This document shows positions 12,901-24,856 of a stretch of DNA of 64,000 nucleotides, piece by piece. Location: positions 124,001-188,000 of the forward strand of contig LSRY02000052.1 of the NCBI GenBank assembly GCA_001643675.2, in the 5' to 3' direction. The first letter of the stretch is position 1. Each line of letters begins with the position of its first letter. The position numbers and the translations under genes were made by a program. The stretch comes from Monocercomonoides exilis PA203 (taxonomy: Eukaryota > Protista > Preaxostyla). The notes under the pieces were generated by a model. That model had not been told where the DNA came from, did no database searches, and saw nothing but the letters and a program-made list of their open reading frames with translations.

Positions 12901-14985
12901 ATTCAACTGGTTTTTCAAAACTTCCTCATATCCCATCGGAATCATCAACTGGAAATTGTTCAGTTTCAATGTTAATGTCTCCTGTCTTATTGGATTCAGG
13001 AAGGAGCATCCAAACAGCCAGGGCCTCTCTCGTGCTATTCCGCGAGTGACTGCATATCCTTTGCAGAGCTTAGCTTTTCCTTCGAGATGTGCCAGTGCCA
13101 AATGCTGCCCTCTTCTGTCTATTCCAGCATCTGTAACAGAAAGCGCATCCTCAGAGCCTCCTTCTCCACTTCGTGCAACAGAACAGCCAAAATCCTCTTC
13201 TTCATCCCATATCAAATCATCCACCCAGTTTTCTTCTCCAACAACTGGAACAAGTGGAATATCCGAAGCATCACGGGCAAACTCAACGGTATCATCGTTC
13301 GAATCATTAAGCTCATTCGAAGAAGCATCTGAATCATCTGAGTGTTCGTCTTCGTCTGATTGCCCTTCTTCTCCACTTCTCCTCTTTGGAGTCTGCGATT
13401 TTGATCTCCGCTGCATCTGGTCTCCTGCTTCTCCATCGTCAGCATCATCTCTTATCTCCACGAGTCGCTGCCCATCTCCTCCGTCCTCTTCTGAATTTGT
13501 TCCATCGGCGTCTTCATCATCAGTGCCTTCTATATTACCGTCTTTTTGTCTGCTCTGTGCTTTATCTTTCATTGCATTCCAAGCTTTTGTTCCAGCAAGA
13601 AGAGAAAAACGGAGCGCTCTCATTTGCTTGTAAGCATAATCCATCCCATCGCTTTTTTCCACCCTCTTTAGAAACGCCATTTGCTCAGCAAGCTCCCGTG
13701 GCAGCTTTCTCTTTCTTGCAAATCGCATCATCTCCACAAACGAGCGCCGAGCATTTGGTGACGGCGACCTGCTGAGGCTGCGGTTAGTTCTTCCCGTAGC
13801 TCCGTCCCTATCAATGTTTCTCCCGCTACTCATCACGCTTGCACTTCTTTCAGCACTGGCGCTTCTTTTTCTGCCCGTTCGCGATGGGGAAAGGGTTCTA
13901 TGCCGAAACGGCGACTCTCTAATAGGAAGTGGAGATTGAGAGCGCCTTCGACTATAAGATGTTTCCTCTCCAAAACTCAATTTATTTCCTGCACCTGGTG
14001 TTTCTCCCGTAACTGCAGAGCAAGCTTTTTCTGCAATGTCGTGCTGATAGGCTAAGTCGCGCCAAAAGACATGATGCAGTAAGAATTGTACATGAGGAGA
14101 TATAAGTCCAGGTGGAGTTTGACTGCCGTTTCTATTATCGAACATTGTAAATCCAGGCAATATGTTGCTAAACTTAGATAGGTTTCGAGCTGTGCATAAC
14201 GTATAACTGAAAGAAGCATCCTTTATTGTGTTGAAAATGGCTAAAAAAAACAAAACAACATATTTGAAATAGCAATGATAATGATACTTATTATCCACAA
14301 AAATCAAAGGAAAAAATAGTGGCAAACCATCTTTTGATAGATCTCCATAAACCATCAAAGCTCTTGGAGTTCCAGAATATACCTTTAAATATTTAAAGAG
14401 TTATTTCATCAACAAAACCAGAAGCAGAAAGCAAACTTCTCCAGTTTCTTTTTTGTTTAACGATATTTTTTTGCAAGATGAAATGTCCTTCAAGCTTTTA
14501 GTATCATCAAGTCTTAAAAAGCTCCATCCAAGACCAATTTCTCTTTGAATGCGAGTCAGTTTATCAACGACTTGATAAAAAAATGTTAAAATAGAAATAA
14601 TTATGTTGCAATTAAAATCACATTAAACACAAAATGAAGCATAACATACTGACAAGAACAATTTCTATAACAAGCAAAACAGAATCATCAGGATTGATTA
14701 AAAAAAATGTCAAATCATTCATTGTGCATCGCGATTCTGTCGTAGTATCTTCTTGAGGTCTATGCAAAGGACTTTCGTAAGTCTCACCCTCCCATTTTCG
14801 ACTGCTACAATTGTAAAATGAGAGATGTGTTCTGTAAAAACAAAAAGAGCTGTCAAATCCGTCTCTCTTTGAGATATCAAAATATCGCTTGCAAAAGCAA
14901 CAGATAATTTAAAATTAAAGCATACGCTTCCTTGAGGTTCAGGAATTTTGTTTACTGAACGAAAAAATAGGCAAAATGCATCCAT
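6931..14985 (-). CDS. NPHP4: Nephrocystin-4 (ciliary transition-zone protein), multi-exon
   Basis: Collinear NPHP4-like motifs: GWSFLRL..VYSGTPRALM, FSFRFFNLP, EYLKDHSIQIEIFDATS..AVG, AQPVYFEIPITN, HHVDKTIR, FEIALFND...WEIVVYS, ILVNFVD, FVVTTDRPDLFEI...RVIY. Joins ORFs 14719-14985, 12838-14358, 11860-12738, 10880-11608, 9769-10758 and 6931-9558. Confidence 0.85.
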
Positions 14986-15200
14986 AAGAAATGAAATGAA
15001 TTAAATTAAGGGTATGAAGAAAATTTATCTGAAATGCTTAATCGTTACAAAATACAAAAGAAAATTTCATAATTAATTTTCAAAAATGAAATTAATGCAT
15101 ACATAAAAAGATATAACAACAAAAAAGGAAAATAAGTTTTGTTTCAAATTTCACTATTTCTTAAATTACTCTCAAATTCCAAAATTTGAAAAGTTAGTTT

Positions 15201-16689
15201 TTATTTCTTATCAACTGATCCTGATTCTTCTTGTTCCAGCGCATTAATCCACAATTTATTGTATGTTTCAAATCTTCTGTTTTTAATTTCTTTTGCTAGA
15301 GATGCATCAAGGTCCTGTCAAGAATTAATTGTTGATTCAATAGTGATCAAAGTAATAGAGAAATAAAAAATTAACGAAAATGAAATTAAATTTAAGTCAA
15401 TGTAAAATTAAAAAGATCTTCTTTCTTTCTTTTTTTAAAAAGAAATAAAGGATAATAACAGCTCTTCCTCAATTCCTTTAATATCTTTTCTTTTTATAAA
15501 AATTATAACACACTGAGAATATATCCAAAGCATCGTCAGCCACACGTGCTAAGATTTCGTCATCGACATCATAAATAACAGATATGTAGAACCCAACCAG
15601 CATCATCTTAATACTCCCCTTTTCCAATTCTTCTTCTTCTTCCTCTTCTTCTTCATTGTTATTGCTATTGCTATTGTTCTTTTCTTCTTTTGCATTTTTC
15701 ACTGGAATTGAAGAAGAAGTAGAAGAAGATAGGTCTTTTGTTTGGCTTGTTTGCTGATGTGTTCGCTTCTTAAAGCGCTTTGTGAGGATAAACGAGCGCG
15801 TCTGAGGGAAAAGCAGGAAGTTGTAGAAGATAAAGAGACTCTGGCTGAATATGGCAGGGTGATGGTGCTTGTCTGAAGAAATACAGACAGGATTTAAAAT
15901 AAACAAAGAAACAAAGAAACAAAATAATAAATTAATAAATTAATCAATAAAATTTAAGTAAAATACATAAACTCCATAATATTCATAATAATTATTTCTG
16001 AAAACAAAAAAAAAAAAATTTTTTTTTTCCCCTCTTAACTCAAACACAAAAAAAATCCCATCTCGACACAGAAAATCTCGCATACGAGAAAGTATTCTTG
16101 CAAACAATGCCACTGAGTCGTGTGAGGCGAACGACGGAATAAACTCTTCGATTCCTGAGAGCGTGACAACCAGCCTCAAAATCTCTGCCACAAGATCATC
16201 CACTGCACTGCTCTGGGCAGAACTGGCAGCAGCAGCAGAAGAGGAGGTGGATGAGGAAGAGGAAGAGGAAGAAGAAGAAGATGATGATGATGAAGCAGAA
16301 AGTGTTGATGAATCGCCCGAATTGTCAGAAAAAATAGCTTGGAGTGTCTTCGTTGAGGCAGAGACAGACAAAGTCCTCTTTCCACTTCGCTCACCTGCAA
16401 GTGACTTTGATCTGCCTTGTTCATCACTCCCACGAACTGTTGTTGAATTCCCCTTTGTTCTTCCTCCTCCTCCTCCTTCTCCTCCTTCTCTCCCCCATTC
16501 TTCTTCTCCCTCTCTCCATTCGCCAAACCACCCTTCCTTCACCAGCAGCATCAGCATCTTCTGCAGCAGATTGAGCAGATCGCATTTCTTCGCCGTTGCC
16601 ACAAGCGACGCCTCGTCCAAGTCAACAGACGAAACAATAGAGAAAATGTGCGGAAGAAGCGGATGCATAAACAGAGAGGATTTAAAGGC

Positions 16690-16728
<39 letters not shown>

Positions 16729-19136
16729 AATGTTGTGTTCCTTTGTCACTCCGCTTCTCTTCTCCTGCTCGTCTGCCTGGATGATGCTCTTTGCATAGTC
16801 CACCAGAAGCGGAATGGCCTGCTTGACTTGTGCGACGTGCTTGGAGCAGTTCATCGAGAGCGCTCGAAGAAGCCGCAGAACAGCAGAAAAGACAAGAGCA
16901 GCTTGTGAGTGAGAGGATGAGGTAGATTGAAGTGAAGAAGAAGAAGAAGAAGTTGAGTTAATTTCCTTGTGTGTTGCATCCAAAGTGCAGAAAACAGAAG
17001 GCGGGACAGCGACGACAAGCTGTGTGATTGTTGGGATGGTTGTGCTCTTGTTGAACGAAGAGACGGCTTCGGCTGCATTTTGGGAGGTGTGGATGAAGTG
17101 TGTCAGAAGTGATGACACCTCTTTGAGGACTGCTTGAAGCAGGGAAAAGGAGTGTGATTGTCGAAGTGATGTTGAAGAAGAGGAAGAGGAAGAAGAAGAA
17201 GAAGAAGAAGCACCTTTTGAGGAAGGGCGTCTGGTTGAGCCAGCAGGAGGAGAAGGAGAAGGAGAGGAAGAAGAAGAAATGCCTTCACTCCCTTCTTGCT
17301 GAGCCTTTGAGCTGCAGAACGAAAGCGCTGCAAGCAGAAACGGCAAAGTGCTTCTGACAAATTCAGTGCTGGAGATGATTAAGTTAGCACCAGCTTCAGT
17401 CTGAGTGAGATTGAACAGAATCTGCAGCGCCATCTGCGCGTCTCTTCCGGCACTTCTGAGCGGCTCTTGAACACCGTTCTCAGATTCAGAGTCAGATATC
17501 TTCTTCTTTGAGGAGGAATGAGAAGAAGAAGAAGAAGAAGAAATGGAAGAAGAAGAAGATGATGATGATGAGCTTTTTGAAGAATCAGAAAAAGAAGCCA
17601 ATTTCAAGTCGAAATAGTCGTTAGCCACGTTGGCGAAGTGGTCGAAGATCTGAAGCAGCTTCTTGATCAGGTCTGTTTTTGTGGACAAATAGAGAGAATT
17701 CTCTTTGTTCTGACTCATCTCGCAGATGGAAGAGAGAAGCGTGGACGTCAGCCGCTCAGAACGCAACGAAGAAGAAGAAGAAGGCGAAGAAGAAGAAGAA
17801 TTAGCCATCAGCAGATGGGAGCATATCTTGTTCATAATCGACGTCCCGAAGTTCGAGTCGTAATATGCCGATTGCTTCTTTGACGAATAGCCAGCTGCCA
17901 CTTGCAGACTGTGTGAGGTTAGTCTCTGGAGCATTTTGATGCACGTCTTCACGAGCGACGGATGGCCCACGCAGTCCATCAGCACCAGCAGCACGGGGAC
18001 GATCCCCCGTTCTCTCTGCGCTGCTTCTTCGGCAGGGCAGTTGAGAGAAATGTTGTTGAGCGTGGTGATGGCGGAGAAATACATCTCGTGCATAGAAGGG
18101 TTGATCGCATCGTCAGCTGCAGGAGAGAGCGAAGATGATGATGATGAAGATGATGAAGATGAAGGCGAAGATGAAGGTGATGGCTTGCGCGGATTTGAAG
18201 TGCTTGAGTCATTTCTTTGGACTGAAGAGGAGGAAGATGCTTGTTGTTCTGCTTTCTTTCCTGCGGTTTTGTGGATTTTCAGCTCGTTTTTCAGAAGATC
18301 CACAAAAAGCTGAGAGATGTGCAAGGCCCTTAATTGAGGCTGTAAGTCCTTTTGGTACGAAAGAGTGCTAAAAAACATCAGGACCATTTCAACAGCATTA
18401 CTAGACCCTTTCGCTCCATTGTCTCGCCGCTCTCGAATGAAACGAAGAAATGCATTAATCAGTGAATTTTTTCCCAGCAAACTAGCTCTGTTGGACGAAT
18501 TCTGCGAGAGCTCAAGTATCAAAGAGATAGATTTTGCCTGTTTCATTTGATCTTCATCGTAAAGAAGTTCAATATAATGATCAAGATCTGACAGTTTAGC
18601 TTTTTCAGTTGTTTTCTCACTATTATATTGTTTACGAAACAAAGACGCAATAAGGTTATCAGAATATTCCTTTTCTGGAGCTGCGTCTGAAATTTAAATG
18701 AAAAAAAAAATATGTGATAATTTCTAAAAAACAAAATGAAATATTTTACCATAAGAAAGTCCGAGAGCAACTTGTTGATTATACAAATCCTTTAATTTAT
18801 GTTCAAGAAGTTTAAGTTTACGAAGCGGAATCAATCCTTGTAAATTTTGAGCAATGTTAACAGCTACCTGCCTGAAATTTGAATAGTCTGCAAGAGGTGG
18901 AACAGAAACTCTAAAAGAATTTTAAAAAGTTAAAACATATAATTGAAGTAATAAAATTCATGCCGTTTTGCCAATGATTTTTTGTCAACATGAACGACGG
19001 TGTTTGAAGCATCAAGAAGAAGTGTTTCCACTGTTGTTCTCACAATAATTGAAGATTCCTCTGGTAAAATATCTATGCCCTTAAAAAGTTGATTGCGTTG
19101 AATCTTTTTTGCATCTTGTATTGATCTCCTTTCCAT
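15201..19136 (-). CDS. KIFAP3: Kinesin-II-associated protein KAP3 (armadillo repeats), multi-exon, with many poly-Ser inserts
   Basis: GIDILPEESSIIV (KAP N-terminus), AKLSDLDHYIELLYDED...SLILELSQN, ILARVADDALDI, and a last exon IKNRRFETYNKLWINAL match conserved KAP3 blocks. Confidence 0.9.
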
Positions 19137-19500
19137 TCAATTTGGAAAATTAGCAATTACGCCAGTTTTTTGTTCCTAAATTTTAATATGGGCGACAAAT
19201 GCCATAAGAAAAACATATGTGCTCATGGGAAACCTTTCATGGGGTAATGATAGCTATTTGGAGCCTTACTAATTTTGGAGGACGCCCAAAACCTCTTCAT
19301 GTTTTGATAATGATAACTTTCGTTTCAATTTGTTTGTATTTTAATTCATCATTGCAAAAATAGAAATAATTTGTTTATTTCATGCTTTGAAAAGTGATTT
19401 CTTTATGTTCATGGTTCATTGCGTCAATATTTCTTTACAATGCATATTTAGCTGAAATATAGTTTGCGAATTATTTGAGTCAAATTTTATTATTAATTTT

Positions 19501-20818
19501 ATGTTATGGATTGTTTCCTTCAAATTTACTGAAAATATAAATTTAAAAAGTGATAATTTTGCATTTGGGGATTGCTTTCTTCAAAACTACCGCAATTATA
19601 CAATGTCTTATCCCCTTGCAGGTTTTTAATGTTTTGTTTTTCAATTTTTTGTTAAGTTTTTTTTTAGAAGTTAAACGTTCAACTTGCATTCATCAATTTG
19701 ATGTTATCGTTGTTCCAATACTTTCTCCTAACATTCCTAAGGAATATATGAGTGAAGTGATTGGGACCGTCATTCCATATCAAGCAACAATTATTGAACT
19801 AACGTTTGAATTTTTGAAAATTTGCGATTGATTTTTATCAACTTGAGCATATCATTTTTTTTATGAAATATTTTGTGTATTTGCGCAAATGAAGAGGTGA
19901 TTTGTGCTCTCTGAAAAGTCGGTTGGACACAAGCTGGCCTGCTCCTCCAACTGAGGATGGATGGCTGGAAGGAAATGAGACTTTGCAAATCAATTCTCAA
20001 GTGCTTACAAATGGAGAGGTTGAATCCAGGGGGTTGCAGAAGCAATGCTATTTTGATGTTCGAGAAGCTCAGCTGTATATTCGAATGAATAACGAATCGA
20101 GTCATTTTGATTCTAAATTAGATTTGGCAATGAAGTCATTCGCTTTGCTTAATGAATCATTATCAATTGATGAAGGCAATATCATCACCAAAAAGTTTAA
20201 GACAATTGAAGCATTTGCACGAAAAGTGTCATGTAGAATGTTTGTGATGCATCTATTTTAAATTTATTCATTTATAAATTTCTCATGTTTAGTTATTCGT
20301 TTGTAAGCCCTCTTTCAATCAACAAATCTTCTGAATTTTCATTGTTAAACAGTTCCCTGCAATCTTCTTTATTTCCTTTTCTTCGCATTCATAGCAATTT
20401 TAATAACGGCAATAAATTCACAAATCATAATCTTCATTCGCATTTATCTCCTCCATTAGGTTCCACATCGCTTCTCTCTCTCAACTCTCACATTCACAAC
20501 GACATTTCATCATTACCCAATCATCAAACATCATTTCACTCTCCGTTTTTCTTTTCAAAAGAGACAGGAAATATTTCATTAATGTCCTCTTCTGATGAAA
20601 CAGGTGAATTGAACGACAGGCATTCATCAATCATGCTTGAACCACCAACTCAAACACTTGTGACAGATATATTTCTACTCATACTTCTTTTTCTTATTCC
20701 AAGCATAATTATAATCCCGACCATCATATGGCTTGTTGGATGGCTATTTATTTCTATAACAAAAAGCTGCAGACAACCAAGAATAGAAGTTGGTCCATTG
20801 GAGCTTGTTGAAGAATAA
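19501..20818 (+). CDS. Hypothetical single-pass membrane protein, multi-exon
   Basis: Successive + strand ORFs (19550, 19902, 20285) are separated by GT...AG AT-rich gaps. There is a C-terminal hydrophobic helix DIFLLILLFLIPSIIIIPTIIWLVGWLFISI. The start is uncertain. Confidence 0.55.
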
Positions 20819-21076
20819 ATGATGAAAGTCAATTTATTATTATTATCTTTTGTTTTCATTTTTTTCGTGTATTTTTAATAATTTTTCGTCAAAGCTTCTT
20901 ATTGAGATTATATGTAAATAGTTTTTTAGTGTTATCATTAGTTATATTCAAAAATACTCTTGTTAAGCCATAACTTTTTATTCAAAATTTTTGTTTTAAT
21001 ATTTTTGAGTTTTCAAGGGTTAATAACGTCGTTAACAATATATCGTTAAAATATTGTTCAAAAAATTAATAATATA

Positions 21077-23408
21077 ATGTCATTGCCGAGACGTTCTGCA
21101 ACACCACCATTTCAGTCAACGAAAAAACAAATTTTATCGCAAAAAGACCAGCAAATAATCGCAAGCCTTCAAGATAAATTGGCTGAACAGCAAGCTGATA
21201 TACAATCTCGTTCAAGCTCCATTCAAGATCTCAGAAAGAACATGGAGCTTCTTTCATCGAAGTTTAGAGGTAAATTAGGAAAATTGTTTTTCCTTAACCA
21301 TTTTAAATGTTCTCATAAAATAAATAAATACTAGGTGAAAAAGATCAAATGAAGGATCTTCAGCAGCGCCTTGATGAAGCAAAGAGGCGAATAGAATATC
21401 TAGGTTAGTTTTGATATTAATTTGTCCTTTTTTGTATTTTTTTTTAAAAAATCATATTAAAACTAGAAAATCAGCTTTATGCTGCTCAGCAAGACGCCTC
21501 TCTTTCGGTGTCTTTGAAAGAAAAATTAGAAGGAAAAGAAGTTGAACTTCAACAGTTATCAGAGAAAATTCAATATTTGACTCAGGCAATTTCTGAAAAG
21601 AACATGGAAATAAAAAGATTGACAACGAGGGAAGAAGACCAAACTCAAGAAATACGAATGTTGAAATCAATGATTGATAAAATGGAAAAAGAAAAAAAAG
21701 AAGACAAATTAGAGTTTGAGCAAAGTATCAATAAATTACAACTTGCAATGGCTCAGCTGACATCAACACAAAAAAGACTTCAAAGCGACCTTGAAACAAG
21801 TGATCAGATGAAGAATGAATTCGAAGCAAAATGGAAATGCGAGCTTGAGAAAGTGAGTCGATTGGAAGGTATTTTGAGAGAGAAAGAGAGAGAATGGAAT
21901 GAGAAGCTTCTGATAGAAAAGGAGAGAAGAGAGAAAGAATTAGAAATGTCAGCAAAAGAAAAAGAAGATGAAATGAGAAGATTAAATTCGGTGATTGAGA
22001 AAGAAAGGTTAGAAAAAGAAAGGATGAAAGTGTTGGGATTAGAAAAGGAAGAAGAAAAACAGAGGGAAACCGGAGAAGTTGTGGCAAAAATGAAAGAATG
22101 GAAGAAAAAGATGGACGCCATGGAACAAAAACTGAAAGATATGGAAAAGAAGCTTATGGATGAGCAGGCAACAAGCAAACTTCTTACACAACAAATTGCT
22201 GAAGAAAGGGATGAATCATCAAAAAGAATACACGAGCTGGAAGGTATGAAACTACGAATTTGAATGTCTCTAATTAAAATACCAATAAAATAATTTACAT
22301 AAAAACAATTTTTTTTGCCTGTTTATTTATTTCTCAATCTTAATATTGCTTTATTTGTATACGCTCCTCAAATTTACTTTATCTTTTTTTCAACTTGCAA
22401 CAATCAGATGTGATTAATTCACTTCGCAAAAGTCAAATGGCACAATTCGAAAAGCAAAAGGAAGCGTTGGAAGCAGAGAAAAAAGCATATGAAGAGGAAA
22501 TACGGCAAAAACAGAGAGAAGAAAGAGAGAAAGAAAGAGCATTCAAAGAAAGAGAGAACAAGCTGAAAGAAGAAGTCAGTCGAATGGAAGGTACTATTTC
22601 ATTGAATTGCTTGCTTTTAATCTTTTTTTATTGTTAAATACAAATTAAAAGCTCTTATAATGCCGTTGAAGCAGCGACTCAGTTCGTCTTCTGTGATTGC
22701 TGAGCAACAGCAGAAGACCATTCAAGAGCTGAGAGAAGAGATTGCAAGGCTCAAAGCGAAGGAGCCTGATGCTGATGAGAAGATGAAGAGAGTGAGAGAG
22801 TGCGAACGGCAGATGAAAATGGCTGTCGAAAAGATTGGAAAAGCAGTCGTGGCAGTGGAGGTTTGATGAAAAGCGAAAACTTTTATTTTATTTTATTTTA
22901 TTTTTTCAAAAAAATGCAACTTTCAAAATTATTCCTGCTGTTTATTTATTTTCTGAACTTTTTTCATTTGCAAAGAGCGATTTGACATGTCTCTGTTGCA
23001 TGAATGTGTTTGACAATCCAATGACGCTGATTCCGTGTGGCCATGTGATGTGCGAAAAATGCTGCAAGAAGTCACGAAACGAAAAGGGAGAAATTATCTG
23101 CATCGTATGGATCACTCATATGTTTTATTGACATTTGCTTTTTCTTCTTCATTCTTTAATTTTTTATTTATTTATTTTTTTTTCAATTGTTCAATTTGCT
23201 TGCACTCTTTCAGGAATGTCAAAGCAGCCAGCCTCTTCAAACAGACCGCTCGTCTCCTTCCTCTTCTTCGACTTCGTCAATAATTGCAACTGCAATTATA
23301 CCAAACAAATTACTTGATAATACAATAGGAAAAGTGACATTTCAAAAACAGGCTCTTACAGATCTTCGTCATGTTGTATCAACTCTAATATCAACTGCCA
23401 CTGAATAA
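21077..23408 (+). CDS. Long coiled-coil protein with C-terminal C3HC4 RING finger (~7 exons)
   Basis: E/K-rich heptad exons are followed by LTCLCCMNVFDNPMTLIPCGHVMCEKCC...IICI|ECQS, a RING finger split by an intron. Confidence 0.85.
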
Positions 23409-24856
23409 ACTGAGCTTGAACATATTCATTTAAGTCTCCAAATTTATCTGTTTATTCACTTCATCGAACCATTACACTTTATTCTTTTTGTTCATTTCAA
23501 ATGTTTTTTTTTCAATTGAATAAAAGAAATTGTTTTTGTTTATCTTTCTTTAAAAGCATATAATTATGATGTCTTAATATATTGATATTGTTTGTGAAAA
23601 ACAAACTGACTTTCTTATCTTTCTAAATCGAGCAATAATTCAAAAAATAATAATGGGCAAAATCAATAAATATTTCTAATTTCGAGGATTGCCACACGCT
23701 TCTGAGCCATCGTAATCTTGCAAAGAGTGGGCAACAATGGAAATTATTATTAATTCTTTTTATTTCTTGTTGATAAACTGAATTGTTGAAAACACTTCTA
23801 AAAAGGAAAAATGCTTTCAATCAGCTAATTGCATTTAAATATAATGAGCGTCAACAGCTTTCAAATCAATAATACGTATTTATTTGAATTTCTGTTGTTT
23901 TATGCGAATATTGATAATATTTATAATAATCCAAAGAAGTGATTTTTTTCATTTTTGTGGGTATTAATGATGCAGAAATATTCTATAATAATGCTTTTTT
24001 CGTTGATCAATTTTTTTTAATATTAATTTGAAAAGGAAAAAGTTATGAGATCGCTTTGGCTTGGAGAAGAATTTATTGAAAAGTCATTTTTCTCAAAATA
24101 TTGAAAACTAAAATCTAACAGATGCAGCTGTGTTCAGTGGAATTGTTTCAAAAAAATACGTGTGCTTTCTTTTTCAATTTGAATTTTTGTTGGAGTTGAT
24201 GTTTATCAATTAATTTTTGCTTGGATTCAAATGAATGTTTTCTCCATTCAAAGTTAATACCTAATATAAAGAGCGGTATCTGTTGCTCAAATTATTATCT
24301 AATTTTTTTATTGTGTTGAATATTAATACATAAATATTAATTTGTTTATCTGGATTTGAAAGAGAAGAAGACAATTATAAAGGTGATTGACATTATGAGC
24401 ATTGTCAATTAAGGAAAGAAATTCCAATTTATCGTTACCAAGATATATCACTTCTCATGGAGCTGCTTGATGCTTCCTGAATTGCAATTTGAAGGAGCAA
24501 TTACTCAGTACTCAATTCAGATCAAATTTTGTATATTTTGGTTTTACACATCGATGATTACTTGGAACACGAATTGTGTTATATTATGGATAATTGCAAC
24601 AATAAGAACATTTCAATCGGATAATGTTGTTACGAAAACTTTCTCAACAAGGAATGAATCAATGAAAGTTTTACAAAAAGAAACCAAATTAATTGTCTGG
24701 CAAAATGGAACTGATATAACAGCAATCCAGACAAATATAAGAAACAACTGTTTGCAATTAAACGATGCTTATTTTAATTTTTAACTATTCAAAAAATTTT
24801 TTAATGGATGATTCTGACTTTAAACATTCTTTGAATTATCAATTTGATTTTGGCTA

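Noticed and set aside
16163-18371. Antisense poly-Glu/Arg/Leu ORFs over KAP3 (likewise 12071-13775, 29077-32405 and 51352-57536)
   Set aside because: These are shadow ORFs of low-complexity (TCT)n/(GAA)n coding sequence, with no domains.
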